This document shows positions 48,290 to 57,661 of a DNA stretch of 64,000 nt, piece by piece. A model generated the notes under the pieces. That model did not search any database and was not told the origin of the DNA. It worked only from the letters and a program-made list of their open reading frames with translations. The position numbers and the translations under genes are program-made. Where the stretch lies: the NCBI GenBank assembly GCA_964354805.1, contig CAYHBD010000042.1, forward strand, positions 26,455 to 90,454, written 5' to 3'. Position 1 is the first letter of the stretch, and every line of letters starts with the position of its first letter. The DNA is from an uncultured archaeon (GTDB lineage Archaea > Iainarchaeota > Iainarchaeia > Iainarchaeales > GCA-2688035).

Positions 48290-49645
48290 ATGGACCTGAA
48301 CAGCTTTCTCAAAAAAAATAAATTAGCCGAAGGGGACATTGCTGAAATGCAAAAAGGCGGGCAAACCCTTAAAGGCACAATTGTCCCGTCAAAAGAGCCT
48401 GATATTTTAGTGCTTAAACTCAACTCAGGCTATAACGTCGGAATCAATTTAAGCGAAATCGCTGGAATAAAAAAAATCGGCGCAGGAAAAGCGGTTGGAA
48501 AGGCTGCTGCAGCTGCCTTAAAGAAAAACCCGGCACTGCCAACTATTTCAATCCTGCACACCGGCGGCACAATCGCGAGCAGGGTTGACTACAGGACAGG
48601 CGCTGTTTACAGCACTTTCAACCCAGCTGATTTGCTGACAATGTTCCCAGAGCTTAGCGCAATAGCAAACTTTGATTCAAAATTGCTTAGGAATATGTGG
48701 AGCGATGATTTGCGCTTCGAGCACATTTCACTCATAGCAGAAGCGGTTGCAGAGGAAGCGAAAAAAGGCGTTGCCGGAGTTATAATTGGAATGGGCACTG
48801 ACAATCTGGCTGTTGCAGCAGCAGCGCTCGCATTCGCAATTGAAAAAAGCCCTATCCCAGTGCTTTTTGTTGGAGCGCAGAGAAGCAGCGACAGGGGCAG
48901 CAGTGATGCGGCAATGAACTTGGTATGCGCATCGCACTTTATTACAAAATCGGATTTTGCAGCTGTTGCAATATGCATGCACCACAGCAGCTCGGATGAG
49001 AAATGTGCGATTCTTCCAGCATGCAAAACAAGGAAGCTGCACACAAGCAGGAGAGACGCATTCAAGCCGGTGAATGACACTCCAATTGCATTGGTCGGTT
49101 ACAACACAAAAGAAATCCAATTTTTGAAAAAGGATTACAACAAAAAAGACAAAAACGCAAAAATGATAATAAAACCAAACTTTGAGGAACGGGTTGCCCT
49201 GCTGAAAATAACAATCAACATGTTCCCAGAACAATTCGAATTCTATTCAAAGCAAAAATTCAAAGGGCTTGTGATTGAGGGAACAGGCCTAGGGCAAACG
49301 CCAGGGCACATGCCTGATGAAATAACAAAAAAAGCGCATGCAAAAATCTTTCCGGCAATAAAAGAATTCGTTGAACAAGGCGGAACAGCAGTAATGACCT
49401 CAACCTGCCTGTTCGGCAGGGTGCAGATGCACGTTTATGACAAGGCAACGGATTTAATGAACCTCGGGGTAATACCAGGAGAAGACATGCTCCCTGAAAC
49501 AGCATTCGTAAAGCTCGCATGGCTGCTTGGCAATTATAAAAAAGAAGAAGCGGAAAAACTTATTGGGCAGAATTTGAGGGGAGAAATAAGCAGCAGGACT
49601 GAAATCGAGGAATTTGAACCTGGTGCAGAAAATGCAGGAAATTGA
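48290..49645 (+). CDS. gatD: Glu-tRNA(Gln) amidotransferase subunit D
   Basis: KLNSGYNVG, TGGTIASRVDYRTGAV, GAQRSSDRGSSD. Confidence 0.95.
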   Translation: MDLNSFLKKNKLAEGDIAEMQKGGQTLKGTIVPSKEPDILVLKLNSGYNVGINLSEIAGIKKIGAGKAVGKAAAAALKKNPALPTISILHTGGTIASRVDYRTGAVYSTFNPADLLTMFPELSAIANFDSKLLRNMWSDDLRFEHISLIAEAVAEEAKKGVAGVIIGMGTDNLAVAAAALAFAIEKSPIPVLFVGAQRSSDRGSSDAAMNLVCASHFITKSDFAAVAICMHHSSSDEKCAILPACKTRKLHTSRRDAFKPVNDTPIALVGYNTKEIQFLKKDYNKKDKNAKMIIKPNFEERVALLKITINMFPEQFEFYSKQKFKGLVIEGTGLGQTPGHMPDEITKKAHAKIFPAIKEFVEQGGTAVMTSTCLFGRVQMHVYDKATDLMNLGVIPGEDMLPETAFVKLAWLLGNYKKEEAEKLIGQNLRGEISSRTEIEEFEPGAENAGN

Positions 49646-49704
49646 TGAAGTTAAATTGAAGGAAGAAAAAATGCGGGAAATTATTGAATGTGGAGTGAAT
49701 TAAA

Positions 49705-50235
49705 ATGCAAGAGGTTGAATTGAACGCAGCAGCTCGCTTGCTTTACCCAAGGCTGACTGTTTTGGTTACAACAGTTAACCCTGCCGGAGAGCCAAACGCT
49801 GCTCCCTACAGCTGGGTTGCGCCTGTTTCTTTTGCTCCGCCAATGCTTTACATTGGCATACAGAGGAGGGAAACCCTGACAATAAAGAACATTAAGAGAA
49901 CAAAAGAATTTGTTGTAAACATTGTGACAAAAGGCTGGGCAGAGAAGGCGGTTGCGTGCGAGGCAAAACTGCCTGACAAGGTTGAGAAAAGCGGCATTAC
50001 CCTGCGGGAAAGCAAAAAGGTTAATGCACCAAGCGTGCTGGAAGCAAAAATTGTTCTGGAATGCGTTCTGAAGGACATTGTTGAAACAGGCAGTGCAGAC
50101 CACTACCTTGTCATCGGGGAAATAGTGCACGCGGAAAAGGATGAAAGCATGAAAGACAGCGAAATTGTATTGCACAACACTGGGAGCGGCTTTTTTCTCC
50201 CGAGCAAAAAGCTTGAGGTGCAGAGGAAGAAATAA
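49705..50235 (+). CDS. Flavin reductase family protein
   Basis: PNAAPYSW, TIKNIKRTKEFVVN, DHYLVIGEI. Confidence 0.88.
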   Translation: MQEVELNAAARLLYPRLTVLVTTVNPAGEPNAAPYSWVAPVSFAPPMLYIGIQRRETLTIKNIKRTKEFVVNIVTKGWAEKAVACEAKLPDKVEKSGITLRESKKVNAPSVLEAKIVLECVLKDIVETGSADHYLVIGEIVHAEKDESMKDSEIVLHNTGSGFFLPSKKLEVQRKK

Positions 50236-50244
50236 AAAGAACGC

Positions 50245-50430
50245 ATAACAAAAATAGAAAGAATTCAGGTGATAGACTTGAACAAGGAAATTATTCTAAT
50301 ACCCAAAAAGAAAGGCAGCCTGCGCAATTTAGTTGGAAAATTCAGGGCAGGCAAGAGATTTGATGCAGTCAAAGAGCACGACTTGATTGTTGCAGGTTTT
50401 AGATAACGTCGTTTATTGACACAATCAATT
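50245..50430 (+). pseudogene. Remnant of an AbrB antitoxin/VapC pair
   Basis: C-terminal AbrB-like IQVIDLNKEIILIPKKKGSLRNLVGK..* followed by ACG-TCG-TTT-ATT-GAC-ACA (start-like, SFIDT), then truncated. Confidence 0.5.
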
Positions 50431-50491
50431 TGACCATTTAAAAAAGGGGCTCCAATCTGATTTAAATCAATTTTCCCCCATTCTGTTAATT

Positions 50492-51043
50492 ATGAAAGTC
50501 CTTGCAATCTGCGGTTCGCCGCGAAAAGGAAACACAGAAGCAATGCTCAAAAGAGTGCTTGACGGAGCAAAAAGCAAGGGAGCAATAATTGAGCTTGTTC
50601 TTTTGAGGGACAGGAAGATTGAATTTTGCGACGGCTGTGATACCTGCTGGGGCACTGGAAAAGGCTGCAGGGCAATGGATGAAATGCAGCCGTTGTACGG
50701 GAAAATGTTTGCTGCTGACGCAATTGTTTTCGGTTCGCCAAATTACTTCAGCAATTATTCAGCCCAAATGAAAACTTTTGTTGACAGGCTAAACCCTTAC
50801 TGCAAGCCAAGCAGGTTCAAGGGAAAAAAAGCGGCAATTGTATGCGTCGGAGGCCAAAGGCTGCAAAATGTAAAGAGATGCGAGCGCGCGCTGCGCCTTG
50901 TTGTAAGCGGTTTGAAAATGCTGCTGGTTGGCAGCATTGTTGCAAAAGCGGAAAATCCGCTTGAAATATTAAAGGACGAGAAAGTAATGCAGCAATGCTT
51001 TGAATTAGGGCAAAAGCTGGCTGAAAGTCGATTCCTATTTTAA
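50492..51043 (+). CDS. Iron-sulfur flavoprotein / NADPH-dependent FMN reductase
   Basis: GSPRKGNT, CDGCDTC, GSPNY. Confidence 0.9.
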   Translation: MKVLAICGSPRKGNTEAMLKRVLDGAKSKGAIIELVLLRDRKIEFCDGCDTCWGTGKGCRAMDEMQPLYGKMFAADAIVFGSPNYFSNYSAQMKTFVDRLNPYCKPSRFKGKKAAIVCVGGQRLQNVKRCERALRLVVSGLKMLLVGSIVAKAENPLEILKDEKVMQQCFELGQKLAESRFLF

Positions 51044-51083
51044 ATAGGAAAGTTTAAAAATACTATTATTTATAGTAATTAAT

Positions 51084-51329
51084 ATGACTGAGGTTGTTGT
51101 TACCAGGCACGGGCAAATTACCCTCACAAAAGAGCTGAGGGAAGAACTTGGCATAAAAGAGGGGGATAAAGTGATTGTGAACAAGGAAAATGGTTTTGCG
51201 ATTATTTCAAAGAAAGACATATCAGTTTGGGATAGGTTGGGTGACTTTCTGCCTGACAATTTCGAAAAAGTGCTGGAAAAAATCAGATCGGATAGCACTA
51301 AAAGATTCAAAGCCGTTGGTTTAATATGA
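51084..51329 (+). CDS. vapB: AbrB/MazE-family antitoxin
   Basis: VTRHGQITLTKELREELGIKEGD. Confidence 0.88.
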   Translation: MTEVVVTRHGQITLTKELREELGIKEGDKVIVNKENGFAIISKKDISVWDRLGDFLPDNFEKVLEKIRSDSTKRFKAVGLI

Positions 51330-51757
51330 AAGTACTGCTTGACACCTCTTTTCTTGTTGCAATCGATAGAAAGAGCAAGGAAGCGATAGCATTCGCAAAA
51401 AAGCTTGTTCAACGTGACGCAGAGCTGTGGATTTCAACCATAACTGTCTCAGAGATAATGACAGGCGCTTACTTGAGAAAAGATTTTAAAGAAGCGATTA
51501 GCAATGCAAGGCTTGCCTTGGCACAGTTCCAATGGCAAGACCTTGATGCAGGCATTGCAATAATATTAGGGGAATTACTTGCATTTCAAATAACACAAGG
51601 CAGCAAAATTGAGTACCAAGACAGCGCAATTGCAGCAACAGCGATTGAATTAAAGGCAGATTACCTGGTTTCAGAAAACAAAAAACACTTTATAATATTT
51701 CCAATATTAAAGAACAAAGTAATGACAATAAAGGAAGCGAACGAAAAAATAAAGTAA
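51326..51757 (+). CDS. vapC: VapC PIN-domain toxin
   Basis: LLDTSFL, TVSEI, DSAIAATA, NKKHF. Confidence 0.9.
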   Translation: MKVLLDTSFLVAIDRKSKEAIAFAKKLVQRDAELWISTITVSEIMTGAYLRKDFKEAISNARLALAQFQWQDLDAGIAIILGELLAFQITQGSKIEYQDSAIAATAIELKADYLVSENKKHFIIFPILKNKVMTIKEANEKIK

Positions 51758-51846
51758 TGCAGCAATGCTTTGAATTGGGGCAAAAGCTGGTTGCGGAATA
51801 GTGCTCCCTGAAAAGCAAAGACTGGGTTTCTGGGGAAGGCACGTTT

Positions 51847-52614
51847 TCATTTAATGCAAACGTATTGGTAGAAGTCTGCGTTTGGATTGTATCCTTTTTT
51901 GTAGTCAGAGAATTGCTCAATTTTTGTGAATCCCACGCCTTTGAGTAAACCTGAAAGCTCATTTCTTTTAAAAGGGTAAAGAATAAGATAGCCTTTCTTC
52001 CCTGTTCTTTCATCTGTGTATTGCATCCTGACTTTATCTTCAGAAATTTCAATAGGTTCCCCATGAACTTTATCCCCACAGTAAACATATTTTTTGGAAT
52101 AACTGAATTTGCCTTCTTTCAAGATTTCTTCTCTTTTGTCCAAAAAGTACTGATAGTTTCTTTCATCAATAATTAAAATTCCGCAGTCTCTTAAAAGAAA
52201 TAAAAAATTTTTGAGGGTTTTAAGTTGATCTTCCCTTTTAAATAAGTAAGTTAACGAATTGCCAAGACATAAAACCGCGTCAAAGCGCCCCTGTTTGAAA
52301 TGCTTGTCAAGCTCACGCCAATCGAATTCAGTGATGTTTAATACTGTCCCCCCTTGCTTCGCACGCTTCTGTGCTTTTTTGATAAACAGTTTATCTAAGT
52401 CATTGCTTGTGACATCAAAGCCCTCTTTGATTAAATAAATGGAATCACACCCATCACCCATACAAGAGTCAAATACTTTTTTGCACTTGAAGCGCCTTAA
52501 TTGATTAAGAAGAAAGCCCCTCTCGCCAGCTCGCCTCTTTTCCCAATCCACGAAGTCGCTCCATATTTCAACAAGAACCTTTGAATTGTAATTTTCTTGA
52601 TAAACATCTTTCAT
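51847..52614 (-). CDS. Class I SAM methyltransferase, glycine/sarcosine N-methyltransferase-like
   Basis: WSDFVDWEKR, CMGDG.DS, FDAVLCLGNSLT, LIIDERNY. Confidence 0.8.
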   Translation of the reverse strand: MKDVYQENYNSKVLVEIWSDFVDWEKRRAGERGFLLNQLRRFKCKKVFDSCMGDGCDSIYLIKEGFDVTSNDLDKLFIKKAQKRAKQGGTVLNITEFDWRELDKHFKQGRFDAVLCLGNSLTYLFKREDQLKTLKNFLFLLRDCGILIIDERNYQYFLDKREEILKEGKFSYSKKYVYCGDKVHGEPIEISEDKVRMQYTDERTGKKGYLILYPFKRNELSGLLKGVGFTKIEQFSDYKKGYNPNADFYQYVCIK

Positions 52615-52677
52615 AATTAGATTAAATCCAAATTACTATTTAAAACATTTATTGCTCTTTCTATTACTGGTTTTTGA

Positions 52678-54555
52678 ATGGAAACAGACTGGCAAAAAAT
52701 CGGCTTAAAGGCAGGGTTGGAGTGCCACCAGCAGCTTGATACTGGTAAACTCTTTTGTAGATGCCCTTCTATCCTACATGAAGATAAGCCAGACGTAAAA
52801 GTAAAAAGATACATTCGCGCAGTTGCTTCAGAATTAGGTGAATTTGATAGGGCTGCACTTGAAGCCGTTGGAAAAAAACAAGTTTTTATTTACGAAGGCT
52901 ACAAAGACGTCACTTGCGAATTGGAATTCGATGAATGCCCCCCAAAACCAGCTGAACCAGAAGCGCTTGCTACAATTCTAAAAGTAGCTTTAATGTCCAA
53001 ATCCGAAATTCTTGACGAAATGTTTGTGATGAGAAAAAGTGTTGCGGATGGCAGTGTGGTATCATCTTTTCAGCGCACAATGCTTGTTGCCTTGGGCGGA
53101 CTACTTGAATTGGGCAGCAAAAAGGTTGGCATTCAATCGCTTGCGCTTGAAGAGGACGCTGCAAGGCCGATGGAAAAAAAAGCGGGCGAAATTGTGTACA
53201 GGCTTGACAGGCTCGGGATTCCGCTGATTGAACTGGCTACTGCGCCTGATTTGAAAACCCCGGAAGAGGTCAAAGAGTGCGCTGAAAGAATCGGAGAATT
53301 GTTCAGGAGAACGTGCAGGGCAAAGAGAGGCCTTGGAACAATAAGGCAGGACGTGAATATTTCAATTGCAAAGGGGGCGAGGGTTGAAATAAAGGGCGTG
53401 CAGGCGCTTGAGCTCATTGATGAGTATGTAAGAAGGGAAGCGCAGAGGCAGATTGCGTTGGTTGAATTGAAAGAGGAAATGCAGCACAGGAAAATAAGCG
53501 AAAAAGAATTGGGAGAAGGCGAAATTGCCGATTTGAGCCAGATTTTTTCAAAAAGCGAGTGCAAATTTTTGCATGGAAAAAGCGTTTTTGGCATCAGGCT
53601 GCAAAAAATGCAGGGATTGCTTGGAAAAGAGCTGCAGCCAGACAGAAGATTTGGAACAGAATTGGCAGGCTATGTAAAAGCAAGGACAGGTTTGCATGGA
53701 ATAATTCACAGCGATGAGCTGCCCGCTTACGGAATAAGCGAAAGGGAAGTGGAGCAGGTTAAGCACAAATGCGATTGCATTATGAACGATGCCTTTGTTT
53801 TGGTGCAGGCGGAAAGGGAGAAGGCTGAAAGCGCATTGCATGTTGTTGTTGAGAGATGTAAGCAGGCTTTGCTTGGAGTGCCGGAGGAAACAAGGGATGC
53901 TTTGGAGAACGGCAACACAGAGTACAGCAGGCCATTGCCAGGGGCAGCAAGAATGTACCCTGAAACAGACTTGGAGCCTGTGAGAGTTGATGAAAAATAT
54001 TTGGGTGAATTGAAAAAGCAGCTGCCTTTGACAGTTGCAGCAAGGGAGAAATTGTACAGGGAGAAAGGATTGAGCACTAATCTGGTTGAGGGAATGAGGC
54101 TGAGCAATTTCGCCTGCTTTTTCGAGCAGCTGCTTGAGAAAGGGATTAATGCAACAACTGCCGCAACACTTTTGCTCGAGGGCCTGACCCAATTGAGGAG
54201 GGAGGGAATAACCGAGATTAGCAATGAAATGATTGGGAAAATTTTGCTGGCTGAAAAGGAAAAGAAAATTACCAAAGACATTTTGTTGGATGCCCTGCGC
54301 GCTTGGGCAAAGCAGCCTGAAAAAGAGCTGGAAGAGATACTGGGAGAATTGAAAATGGTGAAAGTTGCTGCAGGCGATGTGAGAAAAATCATTGCTGGCA
54401 TTATTGAAAAGAACAGGCAGCTTGTTGAAGAAAAAGGCGAGCACGCAATTGGCGCGCTGATGGGAGAAGTGATGGCACATCTCAGAGGAAAAGCGGATGG
54501 CGGCGAGATCAGCAGAATCCTGAAAGAGGAACTGGGCAAGAGAGCGAAGAAATAA
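52678..54555 (+). CDS. gatE: Glu-tRNA(Gln) amidotransferase subunit E
   Basis: GLECHQQL, LDRLGIPLIE, GTIRQDVN, RPLPGAARMYPETD. Confidence 0.95.
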   Translation: METDWQKIGLKAGLECHQQLDTGKLFCRCPSILHEDKPDVKVKRYIRAVASELGEFDRAALEAVGKKQVFIYEGYKDVTCELEFDECPPKPAEPEALATILKVALMSKSEILDEMFVMRKSVADGSVVSSFQRTMLVALGGLLELGSKKVGIQSLALEEDAARPMEKKAGEIVYRLDRLGIPLIELATAPDLKTPEEVKECAERIGELFRRTCRAKRGLGTIRQDVNISIAKGARVEIKGVQALELIDEYVRREAQRQIALVELKEEMQHRKISEKELGEGEIADLSQIFSKSECKFLHGKSVFGIRLQKMQGLLGKELQPDRRFGTELAGYVKARTGLHGIIHSDELPAYGISEREVEQVKHKCDCIMNDAFVLVQAEREKAESALHVVVERCKQALLGVPEETRDALENGNTEYSRPLPGAARMYPETDLEPVRVDEKYLGELKKQLPLTVAAREKLYREKGLSTNLVEGMRLSNFACFFEQLLEKGINATTAATLLLEGLTQLRREGITEISNEMIGKILLAEKEKKITKDILLDALRAWAKQPEKELEEILGELKMVKVAAGDVRKIIAGIIEKNRQLVEEKGEHAIGALMGEVMAHLRGKADGGEISRILKEELGKRAKK

Positions 54556-54607
54556 CGAAGCAGGCTTTGAACCAATAAATATTTATTCTTTTGAGCAATA
54601 GTAGGTA

Positions 54608-55624
54608 TTGATTGAAATGCACTGGGAGCAGTTAAGGCAGCGGTATGACAAAAAAGATGTTCTCAGCTGGCTTAGGACTTTTCCTGACCAGTGCATTGAG
54701 GCAATTTACATTGGAAACAAATTCAAGCCAAAGAAAAGGAGAATTGACAAAATTGTTGGCTGCGGAATGGGCGGCAGTGGAGTTGGAGCAGCCCTGCTGC
54801 GGAATATGCTGAAGGAAGAGCTGCGTGTTCCTTTTGAGGTATTCAATTCATATGATTTGCCTGCTTATGCTGATAATAAAACCCTTGTTTTTTGCGTTAG
54901 CTTTTCCGGCAACACTGAGGAAACCCTGCAGTGCTACAGGCAGGCAAAGAAGAAAAGGGCTTACGTTGTTGCACTTACAACAGGCGGCAAATTGAAAAAA
55001 ATGGCGAAGAATGACTGCATCATTATTCCAAAAAGCAGCCCGCAGCCGAGGATGGCGGCAGCCTATTTGAGCATTCCAATGATTATTATCCTGCAAAGGC
55101 TTGGTTTGATTGAGCGGAAGAACGGTCAGTTGAATGAAATGGTTTTTTTGCTGAAGAAAGAGCAGGCAAGGATTGAGGACAAGGCAAGGGAGCTGGCTTT
55201 GCGTTTCAGGGGAAAGCTGCCTGTCATTTACGCCGCAGAGGAGCTGCAGACTGTTGCCTACAGGTTCAGGACTGATTTGAACGAGAACGGAAAGCAGTTT
55301 GCTTTAAGCCATTTTTTCCCAGAGCAAAACCACAATGAAATAAACGCTTACCTTGGATTGAAGAGAAGCAGCTGCGAATTTGTTTTCCTAAGGCACGAAA
55401 ATGAACTGAAGAAGATTCAAAAAAGGTTTTCAGCTGTGAAAAAGCTTTTTGAAAAGCGCTTCAACATCACGGAAGTGCAGCTGAAGGGGAAATCCCTTAT
55501 TGCAGCAACATACTATGCATTGTTTCTGGCTGCTTTAACATCATATTATCTGTCTCTGGTGAACAAGCTCGACCCAGAGCCAGTTCCATACATTGCCTTT
55601 TTGAAAAAAGAGCTGAAAAAATAG
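54608..55624 (+). CDS. Bifunctional phosphoglucose/phosphomannose isomerase
   Basis: GMGGSG, SFSGNTEET, LNENGK, PEQNHNEI. Confidence 0.9.
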   Translation: MIEMHWEQLRQRYDKKDVLSWLRTFPDQCIEAIYIGNKFKPKKRRIDKIVGCGMGGSGVGAALLRNMLKEELRVPFEVFNSYDLPAYADNKTLVFCVSFSGNTEETLQCYRQAKKKRAYVVALTTGGKLKKMAKNDCIIIPKSSPQPRMAAAYLSIPMIIILQRLGLIERKNGQLNEMVFLLKKEQARIEDKARELALRFRGKLPVIYAAEELQTVAYRFRTDLNENGKQFALSHFFPEQNHNEINAYLGLKRSSCEFVFLRHENELKKIQKRFSAVKKLFEKRFNITEVQLKGKSLIAATYYALFLAALTSYYLSLVNKLDPEPVPYIAFLKKELKK

Positions 55625-55834
55625 TCAAATCATCTTTCTCGCGCCTTTGCGCGCTGCGCGGTAGCATTTGCGATGCCAGTATTGCCCCATCCACTTTTTT
55701 TCTGTTCTGGGATTGCCGCACAAAGCGCAGGCTTCATTATACTTTCCTTCCGGCGCTGATTCAGCTTCTTGCGCTTCTTTCTTCTGCGCTTCAATTTCGT
55801 CTTTTTTTGCTTTCAATCTGTCAAACAAGCCCAC
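55625..55834 (-). CDS. Small Zn-binding hypothetical protein
   Basis: CALCG...HRKC. Confidence 0.65.
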   Translation of the reverse strand: MGLFDRLKAKKDEIEAQKKEAQEAESAPEGKYNEACALCGNPRTEKKWMGQYWHRKCYRAARKGARKMI

Positions 55835-55839
55835 AGCAA

Positions 55840-55962
55840 TTACCCCATTTCAATGAATTTGCCCTTTTTCTTTTCCTTTTTGTTTTCTTCAGCAGCTTCA
55901 CCCTGCGACTGCCTTTTCGCTGCGGCGGAGCGGACCCTGAAATAGATATTCCTGATGCCCAT
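55840..55962 (-). CDS. 40-aa hypothetical protein
   Basis: MGIRNIYFRVRSAAAKRQSQGEAAEENKKEKKKGKFIEMG*; TTTTTATAT promoter upstream; 5 nt from the next gene. Confidence 0.5.
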   Translation of the reverse strand: MGIRNIYFRVRSAAAKRQSQGEAAEENKKEKKKGKFIEMG

Positions 55963-56015
55963 TCAAATAAGATTTAGCTAAAGGAATATAAAAAGCTTAG
56001 CCCAAAAAACAGGCA

Positions 56016-56381
56016 CTATTTTGCGAATTCTGCGTTTTTCAATCCCTTAAATTGCTTGTCAGCCGTTAGAAAACGTACGCTCATGTCAAGGGAAAGCTGG
56101 TAGCCAATTGCGTCAACATAAGAAAAGTTCTTTTTTTGTTCGTATCTGAATTTCATTGCTTTTTTTATTGTTTCATCCCCCATTTCAACACACTTTGCCA
56201 AAAAAGTATTATAGTATATTCCAGCCATTTCTTCGTTTGATTCCGCCAGCGAAATATAATAGAGCTCCATAAGATTAAGTTTGGTGGTCACAATCTCATT
56301 GCCTTCAAAATAGCCAGCGTATGCCCTATCTCCCTTCAAATATGCAATTAAAGCGCAGGTGTCGGCAAAGTATGTTGCCAC
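56016..56381 (-). CDS. vapC: VapC PIN-domain toxin
   Basis: YFADTCAL, NLMEL, SYVDAIGY, TADKQF. Confidence 0.88.
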   Translation of the reverse strand: MATYFADTCALIAYLKGDRAYAGYFEGNEIVTTKLNLMELYYISLAESNEEMAGIYYNTFLAKCVEMGDETIKKAMKFRYEQKKNFSYVDAIGYQLSLDMSVRFLTADKQFKGLKNAEFAK

Positions 56382-56593
56382 TAATCCCACCCTTTTCTCA
56401 GCTCATCCTTCAACTGTTGCACTGATTTCTTTGTTTTAAAGGTTCCAAACAATTCACGAATTGGAACAACCTTTCGCACATTCAACAACAGCTTATCGTT
56501 TGGCTTGATTCTCTCCCGTTCAACAGTTTCACTCGGCAGAGTAACGCCAACACTATTCCCCCATTTCCTGACCGTAACAACAACCTCAGCCAT
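56381..56593 (-). CDS. vapB: AbrB/MazE-family antitoxin
   Basis: VRKWGNSVGVTLP. Confidence 0.88.
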   Translation of the reverse strand: MAEVVVTVRKWGNSVGVTLPSETVERERIKPNDKLLLNVRKVVPIRELFGTFKTKKSVQQLKDELRKGWD

Positions 56594-56742
56594 AATTATA
56601 TCACCAATATAATTATACAATAAGTTATATTTAAATTAGTTTGGGTTGCGCTGCCTACTGGGAAAAAGCTCATTTAATAAAATTCTAAGAAAAATTGCTT
56701 ACCGACAGATTTTTTAAGTACTTAATGCAATTAATTAGCAAC

Positions 56743-57402
56743 ATGAACAAAATATATTTCCTATCCCTGCTGGCTTTAAGCTTGCTTTTGCTCGGCTGCG
56801 TGCAGCAAACAGCGCCAGAAACCAAGTACGTGTGCGCTGACGGAAAAACAATTGTAACAGATGTAACCGCTTGCCCTGCGGTAGCTGCTGTAACTCCGGC
56901 ATCGCCTTTTGCGGCAGAACTGGCTGTCTGCAGCGGAATGCCTTTGTACCAGAGCACTTCATTGGAGGACTGGTGCATAATGGGAATTGCGGCAAAACAC
57001 AAGGACACTTCCCTTTGCCTTGAGGTCATCAGAGACCAGCGATTAAACTGCTATGCGCTAGTTGCTGAACTGAAGGCTGACCCAGACACTTGCAGCGAGT
57101 CAGGTACAGAGGCAGACAGGTGCTTCCAGCAGTACGCAACAGACAAGAAAGACGACAGCGTTTGCGACAAAATAAGCGATGCAAGCGCCAAGGACAGCTG
57201 CTACAACAGCCTGGCATCACAGCTGAGGGACCCAGAATTGTGCGGCAAAATCAAGAACCTTAGCCAGAAAGACAGCTGCTATTTCAGCATGGCAATGAGC
57301 CTTGGTGACACAGCATACTGCGACAAAATATCAAACGAAAGCCAAAAACAAAACTGCACACAGAACCTTGCAAACAGGACAGGCATTCCAATGGGAAAGT
57401 AA
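56743..57402 (+). CDS. Secreted Cys-rich helical repeat protein
   Basis: LLGC signal; repeats of C-x-KI-x5-KDSCY-x2-A about every 25 aa. Confidence 0.75.
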   Translation: MNKIYFLSLLALSLLLLGCVQQTAPETKYVCADGKTIVTDVTACPAVAAVTPASPFAAELAVCSGMPLYQSTSLEDWCIMGIAAKHKDTSLCLEVIRDQRLNCYALVAELKADPDTCSESGTEADRCFQQYATDKKDDSVCDKISDASAKDSCYNSLASQLRDPELCGKIKNLSQKDSCYFSMAMSLGDTAYCDKISNESQKQNCTQNLANRTGIPMGK

Positions 57403-57494
57403 AAGCAATTGCAGGCAGCCAAAGAAAAGCAGCAAGGGAAAAACAAAGCGGTTGGATTAACCAGCTTAGTAACCGCTGCCAATTTTTCTGCAAA

Positions 57495-57584
57495 TAGCCC
57501 CGGAGAGATTCGAACTCTCGTCCCAGGGTTTCCTCGCTTTGAAGCGCCAAAGCCCTGTATCCTTGGCCACTAGACGACGGGGCT
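57495..57584 (-). tRNA. tRNA-Gln(UUG) with 17-nt intron (57530-57546)
   Basis: A1-U72 acceptor AGCCCCG/CGGGGCT-A; CAGGG-CT-TTG-G|intron|A-CCCTG. Confidence 0.92.
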
Positions 57585-57661
57585 ATTGTCAATAAATATT
57601 TCGGAATTAAACTTATTAAATAGGTAGCTTTTTATAGTTCTTTTTCTATTACATTTTAATT

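Larger units (their letters stand above)
50981..51790 (+). mobile_element. vapBC module bounded by 40-bp direct repeats
   Basis: AAAGTAATGCAGCAATGCTTTGAATTRGGGCAAAAGCTGG at 50981-51020 and 51751-51790. Confidence 0.7.

Noticed and set aside
53548-54575. Long antisense ORFs opposite gatE (likewise opposite ths, lig and ileS)
   Set aside because: Shadow ORFs of well-supported housekeeping genes.
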